Shown here piece by piece: positions 45,401 to 57,179 of a stretch of 64,000 bases of DNA (position 1 is the stretch's first letter; each line of letters opens with the position of its first letter). Position numbers and translations under genes: made by a program. The notes beneath the pieces were generated by a model that made no database searches, had not been told where the DNA came from, and saw only the letters and a program-made list of their open reading frames with translations. Origin of the DNA: Heteronotia binoei (Eukaryota); NCBI RefSeq assembly GCF_032191835.1, contig NC_083234.1, forward strand, positions 47,802,001 through 47,866,000, given 5' to 3'.

Positions 45401-48151
45401 AGGTAGGTGGGGAGGAAGAGAGGGAACCCTCAGAAAGGTTCAGGAGCTGTGCTCCTGTGAGCTCCTGCTGAACTCAAGGCCTGGTTACAAGCATGATTGA
45501 ACTCCAAAGGGAGTTCTGGCAATCACATTTAAAGGGACCAAATGGCTTTTAAGTGCCTTCCCTCTATTGGAAATAATGCAGGATAGAGACACCTTTTGGG
45601 GGCTTATAGAATTGAACCCCCTGGCCCAATCTTTGTGAAACTTGGGAGGGGTGTTTTGAGGAAAGGCACCAGATGCAATGCTGAAAAGTTGGTGCCTCTA
45701 CCTCAGAAACAGCCACTCAGAGTCCCAGATACCCACAGATCAATTTTCCATTATACCTGATGGAATCAGTCTCCATAGGGTATAATGGAGTGCCCAGCAG
45801 AAATCCCCCCCCCCCCAGCTTTCTGATAACCCTGGAGCAGGGGAAGAGCCTCCAAACTGGAAGATCCCCTGCCCCCAACTACGGATTAGGCAAACTAGAA
45901 ACCACAGTGTACAGATTGATAAGAAAACAACAAAACACTATGTAAATTACATGCTTCAAGTAAATACTTTACATTCTTTACTAATGCATCACTTCTTATG
46001 GCTAGCATCAAATGCTCTTAGCCCAATACTGAAACTTAAAGAGTACACAGTCCTCAAACAAAGGCTCTATTGCAAATAGGATCCAAACTGGATGATGCAA
46101 ACAATAGGTACCAAATCCTGCTGTCTTTATATGTCTCTTGCTGGTAGATGCAGATAGTACGGCTACCTCAGGATTGATTCAAGGATATACAGTACCATCT
46201 GTGTCTACCAGCAAGAGGGATATAAAGACAGCAGGATTTGGTACCTATTGTTTGCAGCTCCAGTTTGGATCCTATTTGCAACAGAGCCTTTATTTGAGGA
46301 CTGTGGACTCTAAGTTTCAGTATTGGGTTAAGAACATTTGATGCTAGTCATAATAAGTGATGCATGAGTAAAGAATGTAAAGCATTTACCTGAAGCATGT
46401 AATTTACAGTGTTTTGTTGTTTTCTTACCCAACTGGGGATTGGCAGTCCTAAAGGGAAAGGTCTCCAGGCCCCACTTGGAGACTGGCAACCATACTTCAA
46501 GTAAGAGCTTTGTAAGTGGATTGATATCTGGGTCCCTACGCGCTTTTGGGGGTTCTCAGTTGGATGCATCTCTCACTATTTCCTAGACAGAGTCCCAGGT
46601 ATGGTCGTTTGTTCCACTCTGTTTCTCTTAATGGCATTTGAAGTCTTTCTTTACCTATTGGGGGGGATGATCAGCCCACTATCAGAACATAAGAGAAGCC
46701 ATGTTGGATCAGGCCAATGGCCATCCAGTCCAACACTCTGTGTCACACAATGGCCAAAAAACCCAGGTGCCATCAGGAGGTCCATTAGTGGGACCAGGAT
46801 ACTAGAAGCCCTCCCACTGTCCCCCCCCCCCAAGCACCAACAATACAGAGCATCGCTGCTCCAGACAAAGAGTTTCAACAATACGCTGTGACTAATAGCC
46901 ACTGATGAATCTCTACTCCATATGTTTATCCAATCCCCTTTTGAAGCTATCTACGCTCATAGCTGCCACCACCTCCTATGGCAGTGAATTTCATGTGTTA
47001 ATCACCCTTTGGGTGAAGAAGTGCTTCCTTTTATCTGTTCAAACCTGACTGCTCAGCAATTTCATTGAATGTCCACAAGTTCTTGTAATGTGAGAAAGGG
47101 AGAAAAGTACTTCTTTCTCTGCCTCCTCTATCCCATGCATAATCTTGTAAACCTCTATCATTTCATCCCTCAGTTGATGTTTCTCCAAGCTAAAGAGCCC
47201 CAAGCGTTTTAACCTTTCTTCATAAGAAAAGTGTGCCAACCCTTTAATCATTCTAGTTTGCTTTTTCTGCACTTTTTCCGATGCTATAATCTCTTTTTGA
47301 GGTGTGATAAGAATTGTACACAGTATTCCAAGTGAGGCTGCACCATTGATTTATACAGGGACATTATGATACTGGCTGATTGTTTTCAATTCCCTTCCTA
47401 ATAATTCCCAGCATAGCATTGGCCTCTTTCATTGCAGTCGCACACTATTTGCCACTTAGGGTTGCCAAGTCCCCCATGGCCTCTGGTGGTATAGAGTTCC
47501 CCCCAAATTGCTAGAGCATCCAGGAAAACCATAGAGTTTTCCCAGAAAATCCCAAAGTGGCTGGCACACTACGTTGCTGCGTGTGATGATGTCACTTCTG
47601 GGTGATGTCATCACACAGGCGACATCATGTGGGGATCCCCCCAGCGGCCCGCTGTGGGCCAGGGGGATGGGGACCCACAAAGCAGGAGAACCCCCGCCCC
47701 ACCCGAGAACTTGGCAGCCCTACTGCCATTGCAACCTGGCAGGCTGATGTTCCTGGCAAATAATTCAGCAGTTTGAAGGCTAAATATGACTCCTGGGTTG
47801 TAATTCTTCCACTTCTGTTTTCAATGGCCACTTCATAAGGTACATAAGATGCAGTGGAGAAAAGGGGAAGAAAAAGGCCTAGGTGCACAGATCCTCAGAC
47901 AGACACCGCAATATTGGCAAATCCTCTCAATAAACCATTTGGGGTTATTAAAATTGTAATTTCCCATCAGAACAATATTACAGGAACACTGTCTTTTGGC
48001 AGTACAGCACAGTACACACGTTGGTGAATGCCTGCCTAACTTGCATTTTCTTTAATCTACAGAACCAGTAGCAGTTGGAGGCAAAGCCTGTGCAGATGTG
48101 CACCTTCTTATTCTCAATGTGAACCTATGCGGAGGCATTTCCCTCTTCTAA
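39827..48151 (+). CDS. Fourth, divergent gastrokine-like BRICHOS protein, 177 aa, six exons: join(39827..39838,41327..41380,42210..42347,44120..44224,44851..44986,48063..48151)
   Basis: Spliced 534-nt ORF with no stop: MKTL-ILAVVLVELLTVSASESN-AIQLINKGNDGGTVYQTVNINNNINVASFNTYFGTHSTNAIVDYNN-GLIVYQMPYRRLCIVSRMNRSTFPSISELQNLIHE-ENPALHPLNRNYGISRKIVRNLYQLGMPAQAMCGGFTTYWATEFQ-QPVAVGGKACADVHLLILNVNLCGGISLF*. Same intron phases as the other three genes; all four canonical Cys and the BRICHOS DY motif are kept. Confidence 0.88.
41327..41380 (+). CDS. Fourth gastrokine exon 2
   Basis: cttcaag|ATTCTG...AGCAAT|gtaagt; 54 nt. Confidence 0.85.
42210..42347 (+). CDS. Fourth gastrokine exon 3
   Basis: ttttag|GCTATA...AATAAT|gtaagt; 138 nt. 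Confidence 0.92.
42385..42416. repeat. (CT)n microsatellite
   Basis: About 16 CT units. Confidence 0.9.
42451..42734 (+). mobile_element. Squam3-like SINE
   Basis: Same head and body as 32661; (TCT)n tail. Confidence 0.82.
44120..44224 (+). CDS. Fourth gastrokine exon 4
   Basis: ttgcag|GGGTTG...CATGAG|gtactc; 105 nt. The donor is non-optimal, so the 3' boundary is less certain. Confidence 0.8.
44851..44986 (+). CDS. Fourth gastrokine exon 5
   Basis: cacaaag|GAGAAT...CCAAC|gtgagt; 136 nt. Confidence 0.88.
45069..45897. mobile_element. Three-layer nest of hAT-type MITEs in intron 5 of the fourth gastrokine
   Basis: A short MITE from 45069; an inverted long MITE 45229-45897; an inner element 45317-45483 flanked by gtgataag/gttacaag. 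Confidence 0.65.
46685..47445 (-). mobile_element. CR1 LINE 3' fragment, degenerate
   Basis: aacataagagaagccatgttggatcagg 3' end; ORF2 remnant MIKGLAHFSYEERLKRLGLFSLEK. Confidence 0.88.
47457..47722. mobile_element. hAT MITE with a distinct interior
   Basis: tagggttgccaag...ttggcagcccta; flanks ttgccact/ctgccatt. Confidence 0.65.
48063..48151 (+). CDS. Fourth gastrokine exon 6
   Basis: ctacag|AACCA...TTCTAA; 89 nt. Confidence 0.88.
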
Positions 48152-48879
48152 CCAGGAAAAGATGTGTGTCTCCCAGTTTAAACAGGAAAAGAAGTCTATC
48201 TCTCAGCTTAACTCTATTTGACATTCTCCAATCCAAAGCTACACACCTTGTGTGACCCATCAAAGCAAATACAGCCCTCCACCCATGTTTTGTGGCCTGA
48301 CAAGTACTAGACAACCTCCATTTGTACAGTCTCAAAGAGGCAGCAAAGAGAGGCAGTTCATCAACCCCCCAGGGAACTGCCATATCAATCAAGTGGACTA
48401 TATTTGGACTGAAGGGTCACAATCTGTGGAAATCTGACCTACTCCAGCAATCTCTCATTCAATTGTCAAATGATGGCCCATAGAAGCAGTAAAAATTTAA
48501 GGACCAAGTCTGTAGAAAAATGCATACAAGAGTGGGCTGTTGGTAAGCTGTTGCCCACTTCTAGCTATTTAACAAATGTCAAAACCAACACTAACCATCT
48601 CCCGTTTAGAGAGAGGAGGGAATCCAGCTACTACCAGGAGCCTTTTCAGGGTGGTGCTTTCATTGCTTAGGTATTTTTGGTCACATCTTTGGTCATAATT
48701 GGAAGGGTGAATGAGAAAGTTGTGAGTTTGGTGATGTTCCTTTATTGAACAATTTAGTGATTTTCCCCGGATCCCTTAGAGCCAAAAAGCCTGGGCTATA
48801 GTTTGGTTTCACTTCCTCTCCTGGTTGGCTGTGTAGTTCTTGTTCAAGCAGAGGTGAGGAAAGGCACTGCTTCTGCTCC

Positions 48880-48885
48880 AATAAA
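48880..48885 (+). terminator. Candidate polyadenylation signal of the fourth gastrokine
   Basis: First AATAAA seen after the stop, about 730 nt downstream. Confidence 0.35.
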
Positions 48886-48974
48886 ACTTTCAGTCCTTCT
48901 AACACAGTGTGCCTGTGGATTTATTACAGATCCTTTTTGTGGAAACTCTGGGTCTTTTTCTCAGTGGTAAGGAG

Positions 48975-49457
48975 TAGGGTTGCCAATCCCCAGGTGGGGG
49001 CAGGGGATCCCCCGGTTTGGAGACCCTCCCCCCGCTTCAGGGTCATAAGAAACCGGGGGAGGGGAGGGGAGGGAAATGTCTGCCTGGAACTCTATTATTC
49101 CCTATGGAGATTTATTCCCATAGAAAATCATGGAGAATTGATCTGTGGGTATCTGGGGGGGCTGTTTTTTGGGGGTAAAGTCACCAAATTTTCAGTATAG
49201 CATCTAGTACCTCTCCCCAAAATACTCCCCAAGTTTCAAAAAGATTGGACCAGGCGGTCCAATTCTATGAGCCCCAAAAGAAGGTGCCCCTATCCTTCAT
49301 TATTTCCTATGGAAGGAAGGAATTGAAAAGGTGTGCCGTCCCTTTAAATGTGATGGCCAGAACTCCCTTTGGAGTTCAATTATGCTTGGCACAGCCTTGA
49401 TTTTGGCTCCACCCCCAAAGTCCCCAGATATTTCTTGAATTGGACTTGGCAACCCTA
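48975..49457. mobile_element. hAT MITE (same family as 29565)
   Basis: Same TIRs and interior; perfect 8-bp TSD GTAAGGAG. Confidence 0.9.
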
Positions 49458-50740
49458 GTAAGGAGCCTAAGGCCACTCTAGCAATTGCAAAATTTGCCTT
49501 GGTCCTTTAAGCCCTTGCATAAAAAAAATAAGGAATAGCTGTCTTCTGCTGCTCAAGATTTGTGAATCACTAAGCTTCTAAAGGTACAAAAGGGGGGAAA
49601 GATCTTTTTTGCATTGTTTTCATAATTATAAAAAATATATAAAAGAATTTTTATTTTTTAAAAAAATGCAACTGGCAATGTTTCTCATTATATTAGGAAT
49701 GAAGTTGGTGATTTAAATGTGCAGTGGTAGATCCTGTTCAGACCAGCTGTTTAATCTGAAATTACCATAATTTATTCATTTAGTTTTTAAATGACAATTC
49801 AGATGACACCATGATCCGTGCAATGAAATCCCATACTTTCAATTTTGTTCTGTGTTTTGTCAAATCTGTTTTGTAGTTCACAAGATCATGAAAAGAGTAG
49901 GGAGTGACTGACTTCTAGAGCTGCCAGGTCTGTGTTGGAAAATACCTGGAGACTTCAGGGGTGGAGCCAGGAGAGGGCAGGGTTTGGGGAGGGGAGGGGA
50001 GAGACCTCAGCATGGTGCAGTGCCATGGAGCCCAGCCTTCAAAGCAGCCATTTGTAAAGGAGATCTCCAGGCCCCACCTGGAGGCTGGCAAACCTACGAC
50101 ATTAGATGTACCACTTACTTTGGTTCCCACACTGGCATTGAATGCAGACAAAAGTCTGCATTAAAAAAAAATTCCCTGGCGTAGATCTTTCATTTTATTA
50201 CTCAAAAAGCATGTTCTTATATCCGTATCTTCAATTGTACACATATTTATGACATCCTGTAATGACATGACTTTGGAACTTGGTGGCAGCCAAGCAAAAC
50301 ATTCTGCTAATTCAAAGTGCCCAAAGAGACCTATTATCCCACTGGCACAAAGCTCTCTGGCTTTGTACTGATCTTGGTTTACAGGCCAATGTGAGATTGC
50401 ACTGCTTAAGACCCAAACAGTTTGATCTAGGATTGCCAAGTCTGTGTTAGAAAATACCTGGAGACCTTGGGGATGGGTCCAGGAGAAGGCAAAGTTTGGG
50501 GAGGGGAGGAGTCTCAGAAGGGTACAATTCCATAGAGTCCACTCTTCAAAGTAGCCATTTTCTCCCGGGGAGCTGATCTCTGCCAGCTGGAGATCAATTG
50601 TAAATGTGGGGGATCTCCAGGCCCCACCTGGAGGCTGGCAAGCCTGCTTTGGGGTAGCAAACACATTGTTCCCAAGTCCACATATGCCAAGATAAAGTGA
50701 AGGGGATGGGGATTTTTAGTATTTTAAAGCTATCGTGCTT

Positions 50741-51018
50741 GAAGAAGAATTGCAGATTTATACCCCACCCTTCTCTCTGAATCAGAGACCCAGAGTGGCT
50801 TACAATCTCCTTTATCTTCTCCCCACACAACAAACACCTTATAAGGTGGGTGGGGCAGAGAGGGCTCTCACAGCAGCTGCCCTTTCAAGGACAACCTCTG
50901 CTATAGCTATGGCTAACTCAAGGCCATTCCACCAGGTGCAAGTGGAGGAGTGGGGAATCAAACCTGGTTCTCTCAGATAAGAGTCCATGCAATTAACCAC
51001 TACACCAAACTGGCTCTC
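50741..51018 (-). mobile_element. Squam3-like SINE
   Basis: Reverse complement of the 32661/42451 family. Confidence 0.8.
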
Positions 51019-51216
51019 TCTCATCTTCAAGGAGCACCCCTGTATTTCCAGTGTAATATTTCAGTGTCCTGTTCCACAATTCTGTTTGCAGAAGTAAAAT
51101 CTATAAATTCTCAGTGGGGATTTCCTCCCTTGTGGTATCTGCACTGTTAAACTCTTGGTCCAGAGCAAATCCTCCCGTTTATTTCCTTATAAGGCTTTTG
51201 GTAACTGACAAAAATA

Positions 51217-52731
51217 TTAAGAACATAAGAACATAAGAACATAAGAGAAGCCATGTTGGATCAGGCCAACGGCCCATCAAGTCCAACACTCTGTGTCACA
51301 CAGTGGCAAAAAATGTTATATACACACATACACTGTGGCTAATAGCCACTGGTGGACCTGTGCTCCATACACTGTGGCTAATAGCCACTGATGGACCTGT
51401 GCTCCATATTTTTATCTAAACCCCTCTTGAAGGTGGCTATACTTGTGGCCGCCACCACCTCCTGTGGCAGTGAATTCCACATGTTAATCACCCTTTGGGT
51501 GAAGAAGTACTTCCTTTTATCCGTCTTAACCTGTCTGCTCAGCAATTTCATCGAATGCCCACGAGTTCTTGTATTGTGAGAAAGGGAGAAAAGTACTTCT
51601 TTCTCTACTTTCTCCATTCCATGCATTATCTTGTAAACCTCTATCATGTCACCCCGCAGTCGACGTTTCTCCAAGCTAAAGAGTCCCAAGCGTTTCAACC
51701 TTTCTTCATAGGGAAAGTGCTCCAGCCCTTTAATCATTCTAGTTGCCCTTCTCTGCACCTTCTCTAAAGCTATAATATCCTTTTTGAGGTGCGGCGACCA
51801 GAACTGCACACAGTACTCCAAATGAGACCGCACCATCGATTTATACAGGGGCATTATGATACTGGCTGATTTGTTTTCAATTCCCTTCCTAATAATTCCC
51901 AGCATGGCATTGGCCTTTTTTATTGCAAACGCACACTGTCTTGACACTTTCAGTGAGTTATCTATCATGACCCCAAGATCTCTCTCTTGATCAGTCTCTG
52001 CCAGTTCACACCCCATCAACTTGTATTTGTAGCTGGGATTCTTAGCCCCAATGTGCATTACTTTGCACTTGGCCACATTGAACCGCATCTGCCACGTTGA
52101 CGCCCACTCACCCAGCCTCAACAGATCCCTTTGGAGTTCCTCACAATCCTCTCTGGTTCTCACCACCCTGAACAATTTAGTGTCATCCGCAAACTTGGCC
52201 ACTTCACTGCTCACTCCGAACTCTAAATCATTTATGAACAAGTTAAAAAGCATGGGACCCAGTACCGAGCCCTGCGGCACCCCACTGCTTACCGTCCTCC
52301 ACTGCGAAGACTGCCCATTTATACTCACTCTCTGCTTCCTATTACTCAGCCAGTTTTTGATCCACAAGAGGACCTGTCCTTTTACTCCATGATTCTCAAG
52401 CTTTCTAAGGAGCCTTTGATGAGGAACTTTATCAAAAGCTTTCTGGAAGTCAAGGTAAACAACATCTATCGGGTCTCCTTTGTCCACATGTTTGTTCACC
52501 CCCTCAAAGAAATGCAACAGGTTAGTGAGGCAAGATCTTCCCTTGCAGAACCCATGCTGAGTCTTCCTCAATAACCCGTGTTCATCAATGTGCCTACTCA
52601 TTCTGTCCTTGATAATGGTTTCTACCAACTTTCCCGGTATTGAAGTCAGACTGACTGGCCTGTAGTTTCCCGGATCTCCTCTGGAACCTTTTTTAAAGAT
52701 GGGGGTGACATTTGCTACCTTCCAGTCCTCA
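51217..52731 (-). mobile_element. CR1 LINE, 5'-truncated, with uninterrupted RT ORF (51378-52628, 416 aa)
   Basis: YLDFQKAFDKVPH, GVPQGSVLGP, KFADDTKL and LEYCVQFWSP motifs; (TTCTTATG)n-type tail at 51217-51246. Confidence 0.96.
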
Positions 52732-53488
52732 GATTCCTGTCTTCATGAGTTTTCTTTGCCATCAATGATGGTTAATTCTCAGCTGTTGTTTTAATTTTAG
52801 ACCACCGTCACTAGAATGTGTGTTTGCAATAACACCCTACTTGGTTCAGTACAGGATATGTTAAAGTGAGTGTACATTAGTTTTATTTAATGTCTTTATT
52901 TTTATTATTTTATTATTTTTATTGGCTCTTACTTGGGATGTTATTGTTCTGTAGTTCTAATCCCTTGGTTTAAGTCAACATGAATGCTTTTAATATAGAA
53001 GTAATCATCAGGTTAAAATATAAATGACTATATCACAAAAAATCCATACAAAATATTACCTGAGTGAAAACTTGCAGGACCAAATGCTACCTTGAGAGAT
53101 GAAAGACGAGTTTGTTTTGTTTTCCCCAAGGCATTTCTTTTTTCTTTTCTTGTCAAGAACAGGCCTGTTACCATAGAAACCACAAGATAATTGTTGTTCC
53201 AGGAAAGACATCGCTATAACTGTAGCCACAGAATTTATTTATCATAATGTTAGGGACCATACAACCCAAGAGAATATAGAATGCTAAAAGAGTTGCAGAA
53301 ATGCATGAGAATTCTGATGTGACAACCTGATTGTGTATTCACCAATCATCTTCCATGAAGACGTGAAATCTCTCTTCTTTCGGCTTCAGATTCCCTTGAA
53401 ATTTCTAGCACAGGTTTTATAATGCAGTATTATAATAAGAAGTTATCAAAAAAGATAACATTGATGTTTCATTGAGAAAGAGAACTTT

Positions 53489-53773
53489 TGAGTGGTAAAG
53501 CTGCAGTACTGCAGTCCAAACTCTCTGCTCACAATCTGAGTTCGATCCTGGCAGAAGCTGGGTTCAAGTAGTCAGCTCAAGATTGACTCAGCCTTCTATC
53601 CTTCTGAGATCGGTAAAATGAGTACCCAGCTTGCTGGGGAAAAAGTGCAGATGACTGGGAAAGGCCATGGCAAACCACCCTGTAAAAAGTCTGCTGTGAA
53701 AACGTTGTGAAAGCAACGTCACCCCAGAGTCGGAAATGACTGGTGCTTGCACAGGGGACTACCTTTACCTTTT
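53489..53773 (+). mobile_element. Sauria-type SINE
   Basis: Same body as 23128; ACCTTTACCTTT tail. Confidence 0.8.
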
Positions 53774-54088
53774 AAAATAACATATACAATCAATGTATGT
53801 TGTGCGAATAGGATTCAACTCACTGGACTTGTTCTCAGTTTTCTTATGGAGTGTGTGGATTATACAATCAGCAGACAGTGGACAGCTTTGGGCCAGTAGA
53901 TCTGATCATGCTTCCCATATCTGTATGCAGATGCGTTATCTTGATGTAACCATTTCATGCTCTGATCTTACATATTGTTACATATGGCCTGCATGAATAT
54001 TTCCAGGGAATGAGCTTACTCAAGTTGGTCCCACCTTTGGAACATTGAAGATGTATTGCATTTTTATACCACTTCCTTTATTTAAAAG

Positions 54089-54267
54089 CAGGGCTTTTTT
54101 GAGCAGGAATGCAGTTCCAGTTGGCTTGGTGTCAGGGGGTATGGCCTAATATGTTCCTGCTGGGCTTTTTCTACAAATAAACCAGTGTGAAACTATGGTG
54201 ATGTCAGAAGGTGTGACTTAATATGCAAATGAGTTCCTGCTGGGCTTTTTCTACCAAAAAAGCCCTG
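54089..54267. mobile_element. hAT MITE (CAGGGCTTTTTT family)
   Basis: TIR cagggctttttt/aaaaagccctg; TSD tttaaaag/tttaaaaa. Confidence 0.8.
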
Positions 54268-54809
54268 TTTAAAAATATACAGGTAGGGCACAGATGGAAG
54301 CACAGAGGAGGAGGTCTAACAGGATACCAGATTTGCCACACAGATCAGATCCCCAGAGAGAGAAAGAGATAGAGACAGACAGATTGTATCCCCAAGCTGC
54401 TTCAGCCAACTCACAGAAGTGTCTATCTTCTGAGGGGATATCCAGAAGATTTTTGTTTTAAGAAGGAAGTTTATGGTAAGTTTACTAGCACCCAGCACAT
54501 ACATACAGAGGAATTTATGTGTGAAGAGTTGGAGGGATAGTACCCAGAGACATGTATGTAAATGGTAGGTGAAATGTTGGAGACTAAATTGCAACAGCTG
54601 CTCTTGCTTGCATACCTGTGTCCTCTTCTGTGCCTGAAGAGGGCTTGGAGGCTGAGCATATACAATCTCAAATAGTTTACCAAGCAGAATCCCAGCCTCC
54701 AGCAATGAGAGATCCAGCCTAGCAGATCCTGAAAGACCAAATTCTCTTGACTTTTGTTAGGAAATTGGTAGGGGGGTTTCCTAAATGCTGAGAGCAATTG
54801 GAAGGTAAC

Positions 54810-55250
54810 AGAGATAGCCAAGACTGGCTTCAATGAGGGCCAGGGCCTTTTTGGTCCAGGCCCCTACCTGGTGGAATTAGCTCCTGCTAGATATCCGGGC
54901 TGTGCGGGACTTATCCAGGTTTCACAGGGCCTGCAAGATGGAGCTCTTCTGCCAGGCTTTTAACTGATCCAGTGGGCATCCTCTGAAAGTCATTGCTTCC
55001 CCTAGCACCTTATCACCATGGTGCTTATGTTGTGTTGAAAGTTACCAGCCTACATGCTGTTGCATGGACTTGCTGCCAATGTTGTCTCTGATTTGGTAAT
55101 ACCCATTTTTATGATGCTGTTTTAATCTTGATATGTGGATTTTAATCTTAATATGTTGTTAATATGTTGTTTTATTGCTGCAAGCCGCCCTGAGCCCGCT
55201 TGTGGGATAGGGTGGGACATAAATTGAAAAATTAAATTAAATTAAAAATT
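54810..55250 (+). mobile_element. L2 3' fragment
   Basis: ccagggccttt...cctggtggaa...ctcttctgccaggc, then gccgccctgagccc...gggtgggacataaat and an A/T-rich tail. Confidence 0.75.
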
Positions 55251-57040
55251 AAAGATTGTTGAACATAATTAGTTCTCCTGCAAGAAAATTAAAATTGAAG
55301 GGGGGATTTACAATTATAACATTAATTACTGATTATAATTGACTTCCTGATTAAGGGGGAAGTTGTTATAAAGAATTAACATTTACTAAGAAGCACAACA
55401 TCCAGAATAACCTGCTGTGAAGAATCAAAATATTCCTATTATAAAAAAAATTAAATTCCTATGGATCTGCTCAAATTAACAAGCATTTTCAAAAGCAAGG
55501 ACAGGAACATTAGAACCATTTTGGAAAAATGGTTCATCTGTTTCTGAAACAAAACATGCCTGTGTGGAATACAATAATAATATCCTTACAGGGCTTTTTT
55601 GGTAGCAGGAACTTCTTTGCATATTAGGCCACACCCTCTGATGTAGCCAATCCTGCTGGAGCTTACAGTAGGCCCTGTACTAAGAGCCTGTAAACTCTTG
55701 GAGAATTGGCTACATCAGGGGAGTGTGGCCTAATATGCAAAGGAGTTCCTGCTACAAAAAAGCCCTGCAAAATAAAAAGACTGTGATGAATATCTATGAG
55801 GGCTCACATATGCTGCATTGTAAGCAATTTTTAAAATGAGAAAGATAATTTTCTCCAAAATGAGACTTCTACATACTGACCAGATTTTCTTGACTCTTTG
55901 ATGGGGACAGGTTTGCAGTGAGTAGTGCAGCCTTCAATTTTTTTTCCAACAGCATAGAAGATTTCTCTTATTATTCTGTACAAAATACCTTTCAAGTGAT
56001 CTTGGCATTCTATTTTTATCAAATAGTTGAGAAAGGATGAGTCAGAAACTGAAGATCCCTTGAAAAATGGGAATTTAAGCAAAAGCAGGGCAGGGGAAAT
56101 GATGTTGCAAGATGGTGATAAGGTGCTGGTGCAAGCAATCAGAGGACGCCCACTGGATCAGTTAAAAGCCGGGAAGAAGAGCCTCCTCTTGCAGGCCCTG
56201 AGAAACCTGGATAAGTCCCACAGGTCTTATAAAAGTAGGTGCTGGAAAGTCAAAATACAAGAGTATAAATAGATAACTGTTTCAAAATATGTTGAACAGT
56301 TTTTAGGGTCATGCAATTACATTAATATATACATTGAACCCACATGTTGATTGGATAAAATTGTGTTAATTGAGGATTATTTACTGTCCAATACAGTAAC
56401 ATAGCTTGCTGAGTTACAGCTTGCGCTGCAGTTCAAAAGCCAGCCCTGATTGAAACTGGCATCTCTAGCACCAAATTTGCGAATATATTCTTATCAAAGC
56501 AAATACAATTTCAGCCATGTGGTGTCGCTCTTGAGTTCTGTGTGATTTTATGTTTGTTTAAACGCTCACTCTTTCCTATTTAGCTAAAAAGGTACCATCA
56601 GAGTTCCTCTGACTGCAGTTTGAGAAACACTGTGCTATTCTGTGACATCACAGTGACATCGCTGATGGTGACATAATAAATCCTTTAGAGTGGACCAACA
56701 CAAAGTCACAAAGCTCACTTGAGCAAACTCTTGAGTTTTTCCCAGAGCACTTTCTCAGAGTCAGTTCTAATCCAAAATAAAATCTAAGGGTGGCCGTGGA
56801 AGAAAAGAAAGCTGGGCAGATGCCTTGCGAGGCTCAGGGTTTAGAATAATGGGAACGCTCCCCTATTAATATACTGTCAAGCCCTCCACCATACAATTTC
56901 TGGCAATGGACATACACCAATTATTCTTCCTCATTTGTTGCCACCATTATTACTGGAAAACTTGGACCTTGCAAAGGACACTGCAGTTATGCAAATTATA
57001 CTTTAAAGATAGGAAAGACCCTTCATAACTATAATAATGC

Positions 57041-57160
57041 ATCTGACAAAGAGCGCTATGTTTCTCGAAAGCTGCAATAAAATTTGTTAGGTCTTAAAGG
57101 TGCTACTGGTCGCTTTACTGTTTTGCAGCAACAGACTAACACGGCTAACTCCTCTGGATC
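57041..57160 (+). mobile_element. Penelope-like terminal repeat fragment
   Basis: ctcgaaagct...aataaaatttgttaggtcttaaaggtgctactgg...cagactaacacggcta. Confidence 0.6.
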
Positions 57161-57179
57161 CATAGCTGTAATGGGAATT

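Noticed and set aside
55831-56272. Overlapping 81-83 aa ORFs upstream of ANTXR1
   Set aside because: No recognisable motif or splice structure; possibly decayed LINE, but not supportable.
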